DNA of 64,000 nucleotides from Octopus vulgaris (lineage: Eukaryota), in NCBI GenBank assembly GCA_951406725.2, contig OX597828.1, forward strand, positions 4,960,001-5,024,000. The letters run 5' to 3'. Position 1 is the stretch's first letter; every line of letters starts with the position of its first letter. Both the position numbers and the translations under genes were made by a program. Below the pieces are notes generated by a model. It did no database searches. It worked only from the letters and a program-made list of their open reading frames with translations, and was not told the DNA's origin. Shown in pieces: positions 1 through 13,009 of this stretch.

Positions 1-199
1 GCCATAAAAATTGCTTATATAATTGCACGATCCTAGTAAAGATGGAAGAACCAGCAAAAATTGTAGGGAAAATACTCAGCAATGAGTACATTATACATAA
101 CTTTAAGGATAAAAATAATATTAATAACTCTAATAATAGTACCGATAATGCTAATAATACTAAACCGACATTTTATGTCTCGCTGCCAACAGGGTCAAA

Positions 200-440
200 G
201 AGAAAGGAAAAGAAAAAGTGAATGCAGGATGTATGCAATGAAGAGAGTGAACGTGGTACCAATAGTAACTGGCGCGCTTGGAAGTATCAGCAGTCAAATA
301 CCAACATGGTTGAAAAACATTCGGACAAGTGTGAAGAAAGAAGACCTAAAAAATCATCATTGCTTGGGACTGCAAGACTTCTCCGCAAGGTTCTTGAACC
401 ATGTTCAGTAAACAAGTGACCCCTTTTCATCATACCCAAC
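200..440 (+). mobile_element. R4/Dong-type (restriction-like endonuclease) non-LTR retrotransposon, 3' fragment
   Basis: Frameshifted peptides VNVVPIVTGALGSIS and KKSSLLGTARLLRKVLE match the conserved C-terminus of REL-clade LINEs. Confidence 0.75.
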
Positions 441-496
441 AAAATAAGCTGAGACTTTTAATCAAATGATGATGATGATGATGATGGTGGTGGTGG

Positions 497-905
497 CCCA
501 GAAGGAATATAAGGGACGGCACGACAATATAGCCAGGCTTTTCAACAAGTATGGACTTGACAAAGCAAACAATTGGTATGACTACAAACCCGAGGTAAAG
601 AAGAAGGAAAATTTGAGAGATATGACATGTTAGCTTGGGAAGTTAAGCATTTGTGGTCGATGAAAAAGGTAGCAATATTAGCAATAATTGTCGGAGCCCT
701 GAGAACAGCGAACAAAAGCCTCGAGAGGTAAGAGGAAAAAATAGGCGCTGGAATAAGGGTGGAGCACTTGCAGAAAACAGCACTGCTTGGAACCGCTCGA
801 ATATTCCGGAAGGTGCTCGAAAAATAAGAAGTGTTACCTTAGTTCACTGGTAGTGAACAGCTGACACTGCTGTGCATCTCCAGTATTAGAAGCTGTGCAA
901 AGACG
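497..905 (+). mobile_element. R4/Dong-type LINE 3' fragment with 3' UTR, followed by (TAA)n
   Basis: AQKEYKGRHDNIARL (RHD motif), IIVGAL and LQKTALLGTARIFRKVLE in shifted frames; TAA array begins at about 906. Confidence 0.8.
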
Positions 906-950
906 ATAATAATAATAATAATAATAATAATGAGGATGATGATGATGATG

Positions 951-1010
<60 letters not shown>

Positions 1011-1086
1011 TGAAGAAGAAGAAGAAGAAGAAGAAGAAGAAGAAGAAGAAGAAGAAGAAGAAGAAGAAGAAGAAGAAGAAGAAGAA
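906..1086. repeat. Compound microsatellite (TAA)n-(GAT)n-(TAA)n-(GAA)n
   Basis: Read directly from the sequence. Confidence 0.95.
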
Positions 1087-1380
1087 ATTATTTAAATGAG
1101 ATAAATAATTAACTATCATAGCCACCAAACTGCTTTAGACTTTACAGCATTTAATCCGAATTAAAAATAAGAAAAACAGAAAAAGTAATTTGCGTAAGAA
1201 TATTTTGTAGCTGATCTCCCTCTACCACCACCTTCAGTCAAAATGTTGCTTCTAACGCGACTACAACATCATTTCAGCTTTGGATTAATACTTACCTAAA
1301 TCTTGCCCATATCATAAACCTTACATTTCAATAAACACTCAGTTAAACTACCATACTCTACCATTTCAAATATTGTTGGT

Positions 1381-1463
1381 CCTATGCTGAAGAAGAAAAC
1401 GGTTGGTAAAGTATAATTCTATATTCTTCATCCCAATCTAATTCTGAAACGCGCGTCCATAGG
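1381..1463 (+). ncRNA. Type I hammerhead ribozyme, copy 1
   Basis: cctatg-CTGAAGA-agaa..ggttgg..ccaatc..ttct-GAAAC-gcgc-GTC-catagg. Stem I is cctatg/catagg, stem III is palindromic ACGCGCGT, and the predicted cut is after C1457. Confidence 0.8.
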
Positions 1464-1976
1464 TAACCAGATATTGATTGATTTTCGTTGCTTCTTCATC
1501 TCTGCCTGTGTGGATTGTTCTCAAGTATTTTGTTTTTTCTGGAAGTCCCTTTTTAAAGTAGAAGAAATAGCTAAGGTTTATTTGGCTGCTATTTCTAAAC
1601 TTCGGTATGTGGTAAAGTAAATCTTTGCTGAACCCTAATTATTTAGTATTACTTAAGTTTACCATGAAATGGTCCTTTTTTCATGCCGATTTCTACTTGG
1701 TGAAATTATTGATTACTTCTTAATTAATTAATTTTACTCTTTGTTATTATTGATAATAGAATTTTCTCCCTGATAACAAGCTACAGATTTTTTTCTGTAG
1801 TAGTTTACTTGTAGACACACGAGGACGGGCAGGGGAGGGTAATTGAACCGCATTCATGTTTTGAATTCGGCGGCACTAACACTGAATATTATCTGTCTGA
1901 TACCGTTAGGTGGAGAGATATGTTCAATTATTCCAGTATCTTCGAATTTAATATTTCAATATTTAATTATTGATGG

Positions 1977-2067
1977 GGTCCTATGCTGAAGAGGAAAACG
2001 GTTGGTAAAGTATAATTCTATATTCTTCATCCCAACCTAATTCCGAAACGCGCGTCCATAGATGACC
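1977..2067 (+). ncRNA. Type I hammerhead ribozyme, copy 2
   Basis: ggtc-ctatg-CTGAAGA-ggaa..ggttgg..ccaacc..ttcc-GAAAC-gcgc-GTC-catag-at-gacc. Predicted cut after C2056. Confidence 0.85.
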
Positions 2068-2243
2068 AGATATTGATTGATTTTCGTTATTTTTCCTCTC
2101 TGCCTGTGTGGATTGTTTTCAAGTATCTTGGTTTTTCTGGGAGTCCCATTTTTAAAGTAGAAGAAATAGCTAACGCTTTTTGGCTGTTATTTCTAAACTT
2201 CGGTATGTGGTAAAGCAAATCTTTGCTGAGCCCTAATTATTTA

Positions 2244-2244
<1 letters not shown>

Positions 2245-2335
<91 letters not shown>

Positions 2336-2375
2336 ATACATGTATGTATATATATATTATATATATATATACATG

Positions 2376-2428
<53 letters not shown>
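2245..2428. repeat. (TA)n microsatellite
   Basis: Read directly from the sequence. Confidence 0.95.
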
Positions 2429-2431
<3 letters not shown>

Positions 2432-3707
2432 CATACATACGTACATATATTCTTTCTTTCTTTAATGCTTTTATGTATCTACCCGCCGAGCTAGATGTGT
2501 TGACTTCAATACAGTGCAGTGGAACACAAGGAATTTGAAGGTCGTCTGAGTTTTAAACCCCATTTTTTAGTAACTATTGTTCAAAACTATTCATCGGTTT
2601 AACGTTTATATCTCCTGCTGATTGATTCATGTGTATTATAATTTTAATTTATTGTTTAAATGTATATTTAAGCATTTATCTGATTGCTTTTCCTCTCCTC
2701 CAATCTTTTTCCAGTCTTTTCTTTAAATTAACGATTGCCAAGTCCCTAAACTTAGATCCAGCATCTTAATTGACAATACGCAAATGAATTTATCATTTAT
2801 TTTTTATTTTCAATACCAATCAAAATTTATCAATTATCTGCCACATATTGTATATATACAGGAGGATTTTGTATGTATGCAAGAGAGTCGAACCAAATCG
2901 TTCTGTTTATGGAACAGCTAGACTTCTATATGTACATTTATTTGGTGCAAACATGTAAAATAATTTATTTTACACAGAAACTATTATCATATGATGTGAC
3001 TGGGAAACGGCCGTCGTCCTACAGATATCAAGTGGTTAAATAACTATACTCACCTCTTATACCTCCAGACATTTTATGATATGCATGTGTCTATACATAC
3101 ATGCGTAGGCACAGATATATTTCAATAGATTGGTGAAGTGGAAGGAGCGAGTTAGATGGGTTAGGTCGATGCAATTGGTGTGATTCATTTCTCCATAATA
3201 TCAGTAGATTTTTTTTTTTAAATCAACAGCCACTGAGAGAAATTATTCCTCTGAAATCCAATAATATGACGAAAGTTTCATCAACAATGCAACACATATT
3301 ATCAATAATATTGAGAGAAGTATAACAAAATGTTCTTCGCGGAATACAAATGTAATACATAACAAGAGGAGAAAATGCTAATAACATGGTTTATTTTTGT
3401 AAATCTTATCATCCTATTATTCGATAAAAGTTCAATAAATCATGTTCCCATAATTTATTATGAAGACTAAATATCAAAGATTATAAACAAAGAGAATAAT
3501 AGAAGAAATGTCAAAGATTGATTATTTTCCGACTAGTTTTCCTCATTTGAAACCAGCTCGATCAGCAGTTTACAGAAAAACACAACTTAAAAACTTACAG
3601 AAAAACCCATCTGCAAACAGAAATATTCATTCCTGCCACTTTCTGAAACTGATACAGACACAGATATGCACAGACACACAGACACACAGACACAGACACA
3701 GACACAG

Positions 3708-3742
<35 letters not shown>

Positions 3743-4024
3743 CACAAGTACACACACACACATACACACACACGCACAGACACAAACACACACACAATTA
3801 CATGTACGGATGCATGAAAAAACACACACATATATACACACATAAGCGTCTCTGTGTGTGTTTGTGTAGTTGTGCTCTTGTCTGTGTGTATACGTGTCAC
3901 TGGTTGTACATGTGTATGTGTTTTCCTGTATCCATGCATATATCTTCAAATCATGTATATATCTCTATTAATCTATCGTTGCGTAAATACATATATTCCT
4001 GTATTCACACATATAAGAATTCTG

Positions 4025-4128
<104 letters not shown>

Positions 4129-6925
4129 GCATACTTTAATAGATTTTTCCAGCAGATACAATATAATACATATATGTTTAAGTACACGAAACAACAGCTA
4201 ATAAATAACTTACAATTCAGTAAACTTCAGATACATACGTTATTGAGGTCGGCCATACCCATCAGTTAAGCATAACGTTTTATCATGTTATCTTTTGATT
4301 TGAATAATCACCATAAATGAGATCGTTAGGTCTTGGATGGAATCTATACTTTTGCGACCAATGAATACTTGCTAACTAACCAACAAACCTCACAAATTGC
4401 ACTCCATACTTGCCGCCTTTCAAACATGTCGGTGATTTGTGCAGCCCAATGATATAATTGCTTCCTAGACCATTAAGAACATCTCGTAACCTTACAACTC
4501 ATGATGTATATCAGTATATTATATCGTTTAAGGTTTATGCGATTGAAGGAATGAATAGATGAATAAATACATTCTCGTACGCACACATGTAACAAATATA
4601 AACAGATACACATGCTCATACAGACACTTATGCATATACGTATGTATGGGATATGTATTCACGCGGGGTGTTTGTGTGTATTCGTGCGTGGATGTGCATG
4701 AGAGTGTGCGTGTGTTCGAGTGTTTCAAGAGTTGTATCTAACTGATATACACAGATATATTGATTGTGTAGTTACCCTATTCACGCTCTTCCTTGACCAT
4801 AGGCATTCCAGCACTACGCGTCTAGTATATTTTGTATATCAGGGACTAAACTGATCAATGTATTCTTCTTTACTTAAGATGGTTGAGTGTGATCTGATGG
4901 AGACAGGGCTGTTATTCCACGAAGATCGAACGACCGTTATGAGGTATCTTCTTTGATTACATATATTCATTTTACTTGTATTTTGGTGAGAGAGGTAATA
5001 TAGCGTGTAGGCTGAGAAGAATACTTAATAACCCGCATAAATAATCCTTTCTCTCATACTAAATCGCCCTTCGGTTAAAATTATGCATATGAGTGAACAA
5101 ACATATAATCAAGTATTTCTGTATACAAATTTTGGAAATATCACACAAACTGCATTTCCCAGTCTGGAACATTTAGAGACACGAGCCAATTCATGCCTCC
5201 TTTGCCCAGCTGCTGACTTGCTAGAGATAACAGCCAATTGTTTTTAAACCATACGGTACTGACTTCATACTAGAAAGATACATTGGATAAAACCTGGCGA
5301 GCCTTTCATTCCAGGTTTACTTGATCAGATATGACAGGAGGTTAAAAAAGCAAAGAGAAGAACCTTCGAATATAATTTTTAAAAAAAACTTTCTTGTTTT
5401 TGTGATAGAAAATTCAATTCTCAAGTGGATTGCTAAAGAGATAGTGAAGTTCATTCATTTGTAACTTGAATAGTGTAAAATGGGTTTCAACTAAAAATTT
5501 ACACCGTGGCATGTCACTCTGCATATGTTAAGTAAAACATATTTTTTATACTGGTGGAAAGCTTTATATTTGAGTAAAGATAAATGGAATGATATGCTAG
5601 CTGTGCATTTCTCGAGGGCATTAGTAATGAGAATGAATTAACATTGCATGAACTGAAATGAAAGGTTATAAACGCGAGGTGTAATGAAAATTGTAGCAGA
5701 AGAGATTATCATGTATTCATCTCACCAGCTGTTACCACCTTGCTTATCTGAGTGCGCCAAATAAGATAGATGAAATATTGATTTATGTTCAATAGAGGCA
5801 ATGACCTTGATTTTTAAGAGATGGGAACGGAAAAGAAGTGATAACGAACATGCACTCCTAAATGGCGTAAAATGGGTCAGTGAATTAAATATTTTAGTCT
5901 GTAATTTCAAAGCATATCACGTTATATTGTCAGCATCATAAATATAACGGTGCTTTTAATGAGAATGAGACAATCTGCAACAAGCTGTTGTTCATACGTG
6001 ATTTTATACACAAGAACCCTCAAATATCTGAAATCCATTCTGAAACAGCATCTAAAAGTACATATGGTACACAAAGACTATTTAAATCATACTCCATCAA
6101 CATTGCAGCCTTAAGTAAACAACTATTTTGTTAAAACACTTAAATCTAAGCTTTTCAACACAAGATTACGTTTTATTTACTGAGGAAAATGTTGAAGTAT
6201 TTAAATATAAATATGACTATAATCACACATACACCCACAAACATATAATACCATAGAAACACGCGTATACATATGAATGGATCGTATACATTACATAAAC
6301 ATGTATTACTCTATTTTAAGAGACAAAAAGTTTCTATTAATATTTTTACATCACGTTTATTTTTCTTCTGCACAGAAATACAAATATTTGATTTAGTTTT
6401 CTTCAACCACACCTATTTAATCTCACATATTTATTTTTAGAAATATATTCTCAAATGCACTGTCAAAAATACATATAGCTTCAAATATATATGCATATAA
6501 TATACATACTACATATGTACGTTTTTGTGTATGTGTGAGAGCATGTGCGTAATATATGCATGGTTATATATGTGTACGCTCATGTATGTTTTGTATGGGT
6601 ATAATAATGCCATGATACATGCATGTAAGCATGTATGTATCTATGTATGTGTACCTTCTTGGGTATGTATGCGTATATTTGTTGTTGCGTATGATACACA
6701 TTGCAATCACGACACAATGAAATTGCTCTGGCAGACACTTTTACAGCTGTGCGCAGAACCATTATACTGTAAACAAACGTTCAGCTTTCTTATTGCTCTT
6801 CATACACACACGCAAGTACACATACGCATGTACACGCACATGCACATGCATTTTTATACATACATACATATTTATATATATATATATATGTGTGTGTGTT
6901 TGTTTATATATATATATATATATAT

Positions 6926-7065
6926 GGGAACGCCATGATGTCGAAGAGCGTAGGCTCGAAACGTAAAAGACTTGTTTTATTTCTATTCCTGAGCGCCATA
7001 CAAATACAATTGTTTGTTTGTACTCCACCTGCCTTCGTATTTTGTTTATTTTCGTAAAACTTCCC

Positions 7066-7070
<5 letters not shown>
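6926..7070 (+). mobile_element. Short Penelope-like remnant between (TA)n tracts with a 5'-damaged minimal HHR
   Basis: tcgaaga-gcgtaggctc-GAAAC-GTA-aaagac at about 6941-6971; the 5' strand of stem I and the start of the core are lost. Confidence 0.5.
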
Positions 7071-7113
<43 letters not shown>

Positions 7114-8816
7114 TATTCACACACACAAACATATATATACACACTCATACACGCATATATATATATGTATGTGTGTGTATATGTATGTCTGTCTGTGTGT
7201 AAGTATGTATACATATGTATGTATACTGCAAAAACCTATAAATAGTATACAAACAAATAAAAACTTGCAGTTAAATAGACTCTTATATAACAAGATCAAT
7301 AATGACTTCAGTCATAACAGGTGCTATTCTGTTTACATACTTGATACCTTTATGTTGACATCCTCACAAGTTTCATTGCAACACTAATGATAGTTTATTT
7401 TCCATGATCGTTTCCCTATGTTTTGCTTGATATTTACCTCTTTTATTCGATTTTCTGTTACCTCAGCGTTTTTATTATTTCTTTTTTTTTTTTTTTAACT
7501 TCACTTTCTGACTATTCGACATTATATCATTCAAACTCTTCGTCCTTTGCTTTTTTCGTTACTTCTTTGGGGACTATTCTCTTATGGCATTTGTTTCCGT
7601 CTCATCTCTGCGTGTATATATCGCTATACTTCTGTATCATAAGGTTTTCTAGTTACAATTATCCCGTATTCCGTGTGCTTTTCTTTTAACGTTTCAATTC
7701 TCGTTCCTTTATGTTTATTCTTGAACTTCAAGGGAGAAATTGCCTATGAAATCAATAATCAATCATACTACTCCACTTTCGTCCCAAATTTCTACAGCTC
7801 TGCAAAAGAAAGAAATGACCCATCGCTGCATAATGCAACACTCATTCTACTAGATCCGAATCATCACCATTCCACCGAACAGATTACGATTCATATTTCA
7901 GCTTTGCAGATCAGCTACTATAGTCTACTCCCCGTACCTAATAATCTCTAGAACTTAATATACCATAACTACAAAAAGTTTTGTCTCTTCATCTCAATTT
8001 GCAGGAAGTAATTTGTAGTTTTACTCGGACACATTGAATTTTCCTTGTGTCGGTGACAAGATAGTGCATCTGGTATTAGTGAATGTAGTTATCTGATGTA
8101 AGATAGCTTGCATTTGCAAGCTCCCTTCGAAGCAGTTTTTACAATCATAGTCACATCTCACCTTAGTGCAGAGTCAGTGGTTGATCGGAGAATATATTCT
8201 GATGACGAGAACGGGGCCGTTTTTTTTCTGTCTGTAATAAATGAAAGGTAGGTACCATATATCAGCGATTCGAATTAAAAGTTGTTAATTTCCTGTTGTA
8301 GCCCGATAAGAGAGAGTGACGATATAACGAAAGATTAAATGTTAGTGTTACAACTATGTACATTCTAAATATTGTTGTGGAATCAACAAAGGTGATTTAT
8401 CGTGGCTGTATGTAAATATAGATTGCATGCCGTAAATTTCGAAGAAATGAAGAGTTGTACTCTTAGTATATTGTCGTATAATAATATAATAGAAACATGA
8501 TTAGCATAACAGTGCTTGTACATAATAACAAAGGGCTGGTAGAGTTGATACCAACTCTAGTAGTACCACGTTTTCTATCACACCTAGGGATACTACGATT
8601 GTTTACTTGATAAAAGTATGTCATAAATAGATTCAAAATACTCTTCCTCCTAAACCAACTTAAAGCATTTGCAACTCGTGAAGAGTAACTTTATTGGTAA
8701 TGCCTTTGACAGAAAATTGCTGTCTTTAGGTTACACGTTACGTTGCTCATTTAGAGAAATTAAATTTGCAATTCTACATACATAGTTTGCCAGAGTCGTT
8801 ATTGTTATGTTTCTTC

Positions 8817-9766
8817 TATTTACCTCCGCCAAGAAACGAGGTTATGTTTTGATCGACGTTGGTGTGTCCGTCTGTCCGTCTCTGTGCTAAATAACTCAAA
8901 AAGTTGTGAACGGTATTTGATGAAACTTGCAGTCCACAGCTGGTAATGACACAAGGAACAGATGAGATGTTGGTAATGATCCGGGAAATTGTATGGATTC
9001 TTGAAGGATTTTTCATTTGTTATATATATTTGACATGAAGTATTACAATGTTACGTTCTTTGATTATCTCCCTTGAAAACACGTTTATCCTTTCCACGTA
9101 ACTTATGGTGGCGTTGCTTTTGCCAAAGTTTTATTTTTGCTTCTCTATTAGTAGTTTTACTCGCGTATCTATGGACTCATGAGGGATGATTGATATTATA
9201 CTGACCACAGAGGGATGTAAAGTAGGTAGGTAGGTAGGTAGGTTTAGTTTTGTAAGTAGACAGATACCTCTTTAATCTTTGCCAAGGAATCATCTGACCA
9301 TCGTCCTTGGTGATTTCAACGTGGATCTTCTTGATTCCCCTTTTGACAACTATGAACCAGTTTGGGTTCGACCAACTAGTCCAAAAAACCACCATGGACA
9401 ATGGAAGCCTGCTAGATCATGTTTATGTGAACCAGGATCGGCGTCCACAAGCCACCGTAACCGACTCTTATTTTTCCGACCATGATGTTGCGCGTGTATC
9501 ACTCATGTTTTTGGTAATTGTTGTTTCCGTCTAGTTGTATGGTGAAACTAGCTTTCTGTTGTCATTGATGTACTATAACTGCTTTAGATAATTCCTGTTT
9601 TTAAAGGTTTTTTTTTTTAAGTGTTATTTTTTTAACCCCGCCAAGGAGGTTATGTTTTTGACGGAGTTGGTTTGGGAAATTGGGCGATTTTCAGCATGCG
9701 TGTATGTGAGTGGAAATGATCTGCTTGGCGGACGGAGGTCTGCGCTTTCCAAGTGCTTTTCTAGTT
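8817..9766 (+). mobile_element. Helentron/HINE-type derivative
   Basis: Left end tatttacctccgccaag..gaggttatgtttt..(gtcc/gtct)n; right end cttggcgga..ggtctgcgctttccaagtgcttttctagtt (subterminal IR plus hairpin plus ctagtt); a second left end lies at about 9625. Confidence 0.65.
9280..9505 (+). pseudogene. AP-endonuclease C-terminal fragment within the Helentron derivative
   Basis: TIVLGDFNVDLL, then a frameshift, then FDQLVQKTTMDNGSLLDHVYVN..DSYFSDHD (GDFN, DH and SDH motifs of the EEP/APE fold). Confidence 0.75.
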
Positions 9767-9953
9767 TGATATACTTTTTACGAGGTACACACATAGAGAT
9801 ACGCGCGCACGCACGCACACATGCACGCACATACTCGGGCACGAGAAAACAAAATTTGTTTTAACACACAAATTCACGTACAGAACCTTTCTAACCAGAT
9901 ACAAAACAAAAAGGAATTATGTTTGTGTGTGTGTATGTACGTGTGTGTGTTTG

Positions 9954-10011
<58 letters not shown>

Positions 10012-10882
10012 TAATTGCCGCTTTATATTCCGATTTAAGAATGGTCAATTTTTTTCTGATGCAAGATAGCTTGCATTTGCAATGTAGGAGCGCTCTTCTC
10101 GCTTCGAAGCAGTTTTTACAATCTCTCTCTCTTTCTCTCTTTCTCTCTCTCATGGTAGTTGATAAACTTTGCATGGTTTTTAGTTGGAGGTTCACTAAGC
10201 TCCATCGACATCCATCTACGTACGTTCAAGTGCGCATCCTGCATGTGCATTATATATCTTTCATCACTCTCAACACAACAATCCCCACCCAGCAAATCCC
10301 TTTAACACAGTCACTGAGAACTTTAGATTCATGACCAACATAATCATATTTTTGGCTACTTTCACAATATGAATATGTACGTACACGAAACTGCGTGATA
10401 ACCAGAAGCTTTGCAACTATCTCCAACACGCGCATAATTTAACCGTGAACAACCATTTCAACAAAACTGAAAACTTCACTAACCACCTGTTGATACCCAA
10501 CATTCCAGCTACCTATGGATCAGCACACTCCAGGTAATACAATTAACAGCACATATATGTTAACATTTGGAATATGATCTCGCTTAGGGATGAAAGAGAA
10601 CGAATTCGAAGGGAACTTCTAACATTCATTTAGCGCTTTAACATTTTATAATGGAATAAAAGCAAAGTAAGTCTAAATCTTTGATATAATCTTACAGGTT
10701 TGAGAGTTACGCTATCAACAACGGATTCGATAACATACTCAAAATATTTAACACGTATAAAACTGTTTCAAGTGTTACAACTTAAATCTTAACTATAATA
10801 CGGAATCGAAAATTTCTCGAAATCTTCTAAAATAAAGAATTATTGCTCTAAATATTTATATATATTATATTATAATATAATT

Positions 10883-11050
10883 GTAGGAGTGGATTGGTGG
10901 TAAGAAGCTTGCTTACGAACCGCATAGTTCCAGTTTCAGCTCCACAGCGTGGCAACTTGGGCAAGTGTCTTCTACTATAGCCTCGGGCTGACCAAAGCCT
11001 TGTGAGTGGATTTGGTAGACGGAAACTGAAAAAAGCCCGTCGTATATATG

Positions 11051-11144
<94 letters not shown>

Positions 11145-11341
11145 TGCGTCTGTGTTTACTCCCCCCTCCCAACATCGCTTGACAACCGATGCTTTGTTTA
11201 CGTCCCAGTAACTTAGCGGTTCGGCGAAAGAGACCGATAGAATAAGTACGAGGCTTACAAAGAATAAGTTCTGGGGGCGATTTGCTAGACTAAAGGCGGT
11301 GCTCCAGCATGGCCACAGCCAAATGTGTGAAACAAGTAAAA
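10883..11341 (+). mobile_element. tRNA-type SINE, family A (internal TA/TG microsatellite)
   Basis: The head gtaggagtgg..tggtaag..gttc and tail ..ggcggtgctccagcatggcc..gaaacaagtaaa recur at 20788, 27262, 35212, 48120 and 54373. Confidence 0.85.
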
Positions 11342-11358
11342 TACTAATAATAGTAGTA

Positions 11359-11434
<76 letters not shown>

Positions 11435-11449
11435 TAATAATAATAATGT

Positions 11450-12990
11450 CGCATGGGATCTCCAGTTACCTTAAGAAGTTTTGAAGTTTCGATTGGATTA
11501 ATCCCAACTCTCCGATCACCACTGGGGTCACTTTTACATTACTCTCTCGCATTCCATACAGTCTTGCCATATCTATTTTCAATTCGGAGTACTTGGTGAT
11601 TTTTTCAACCTCTTTACTCACATCATTCATGTCATTTGGTATGTCTACATCAATGATCTGACAGTAGTCGTCTCTCTTACTCAATATGACAATATCCGGC
11701 CGACGGTGTTCGATTACACGATCCGTGTAAAAATCACGGTTCCAGGTAATCGTTACTTTCCCTTCCTCCTGCATAACTTTACATGGTACATGCTGATACC
11801 AGTTCTCTGTTACTTCATATTGGTATTCATGGCACGAGAGCCAATGAAGATACACACACGTTATCGTGGCGACGCTTGTTTTCTTTTTGTGCAAAGCTTT
11901 CTCATCTACTTACCAATAGGGTCACATTTTCCTCGCTCTTTCCACAGAGTCTGCATTTCAGGGTATCAGAAGTTTTATAGATTTTATACTTCACTGATTT
12001 AGTAGCGATGTTCTGGTCTTCTACAGCAATGATCAGGTTTTTGGTGGTACTTTTCAAATCACCTCGCTCAAGCCATGCCTACGATGTTGTATTATTCTTA
12101 ACGTCCTGTGTATTCCTTTCAAACTCCCCATGCATTCTCATTTCACAAAGGTCTTGTTTCCTCGTCTCCTAAGCTCTTTGGTAAAACTCATTCTTGGCCA
12201 TCATTTCATCTGCATTTGCACGCATATCTTTCGCAGCATATTTCAGCAGATCTTCATCACGAATTATCAAATACCCGGCAACCGTTCTCCGTTCACTCCC
12301 TATACAATGGTATATATTATTTATGTCCTCTGCCACCATTCTTTCTTCTCATATACGGCCGCTTACGTTTACTTTATGGTGTATCACCCTATGCAGCGTC
12401 ATCAACTTTCTCTTCCTCCCATCTAGTGTTGATATTTCCTCCTTAGTCTATTTTAGGATCAATGCACTATATCTGGCCACTGCAACTGCCCAGATATTCA
12501 TTGCAGTAATCAAAATTCTGGCATACAGTTGGGATTTCAACAAAATATTCACCCTTTTTTTTTATACGCCTCGCTGACCTTGCCATTCATTTCTCTGTGT
12601 AGAATGTCATCCAGCTCCAAAATCCCTAAATATCTATACCCACTACCGTCGGGTTCACTCATGGTCTCTCCTGATGCTAACCGCAATCTTCTGCAGGCAG
12701 CTTCCTTCCTTCTTTTCATATTAAATACTGAGCATTTGGTAATCCCAAATTCCATACCGATGTCCCAACTACATTCAATACCTGTTTTAGTTAAGGAATC
12801 TATCCGTTTTTTTCAGATTACCCAAACAATTTCAGGTCATCCATAATCATGGACCTTTCTTCCCACATCGGTAACACACCTTCACTTTCCTAACTGTCGT
12901 TGTTATGGATATTAGTGCAATTAAAAATAGTAACGGATAAAACAGGTCACTTTGGAGGATACATCATTACTTGAGTATAATTTAGTTTTC
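11450..12990 (-). mobile_element. R4/Dong-type LINE, degraded RT C-terminus plus REL endonuclease
   Basis: MEFGITKC..YRYLGILE; HRRPDIVIL..IIDVDIP..EKITKYSELK..VTPVVIGELG (PD..D REL motif). Confidence 0.85.
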
Positions 12991-13009
12991 ATGCTATGCA
13001 TCAGAAAAA

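Larger units (their letters stand above)
1370..2247 (+). mobile_element. Non-coding repeat-spacer-repeat element with one HHR per repeat (Penelope pseudo-LTR / retrozyme-like)
   Basis: About 270-bp direct repeats (about 1378-1648 and 1977-2247) flank about 320 bp of unique non-coding DNA; the element ends in a (TA)n array. Confidence 0.75.

Noticed and set aside
3001-3020. GAAAC-GGCC-GTC, resembling HHR stem III
   Set aside because: No CUGANGA-like core or stem II found upstream.
10883-10960. SINE heads as tRNA genes
   Set aside because: A/B-box-like heads continue into SINE bodies; no complete cloverleaf.
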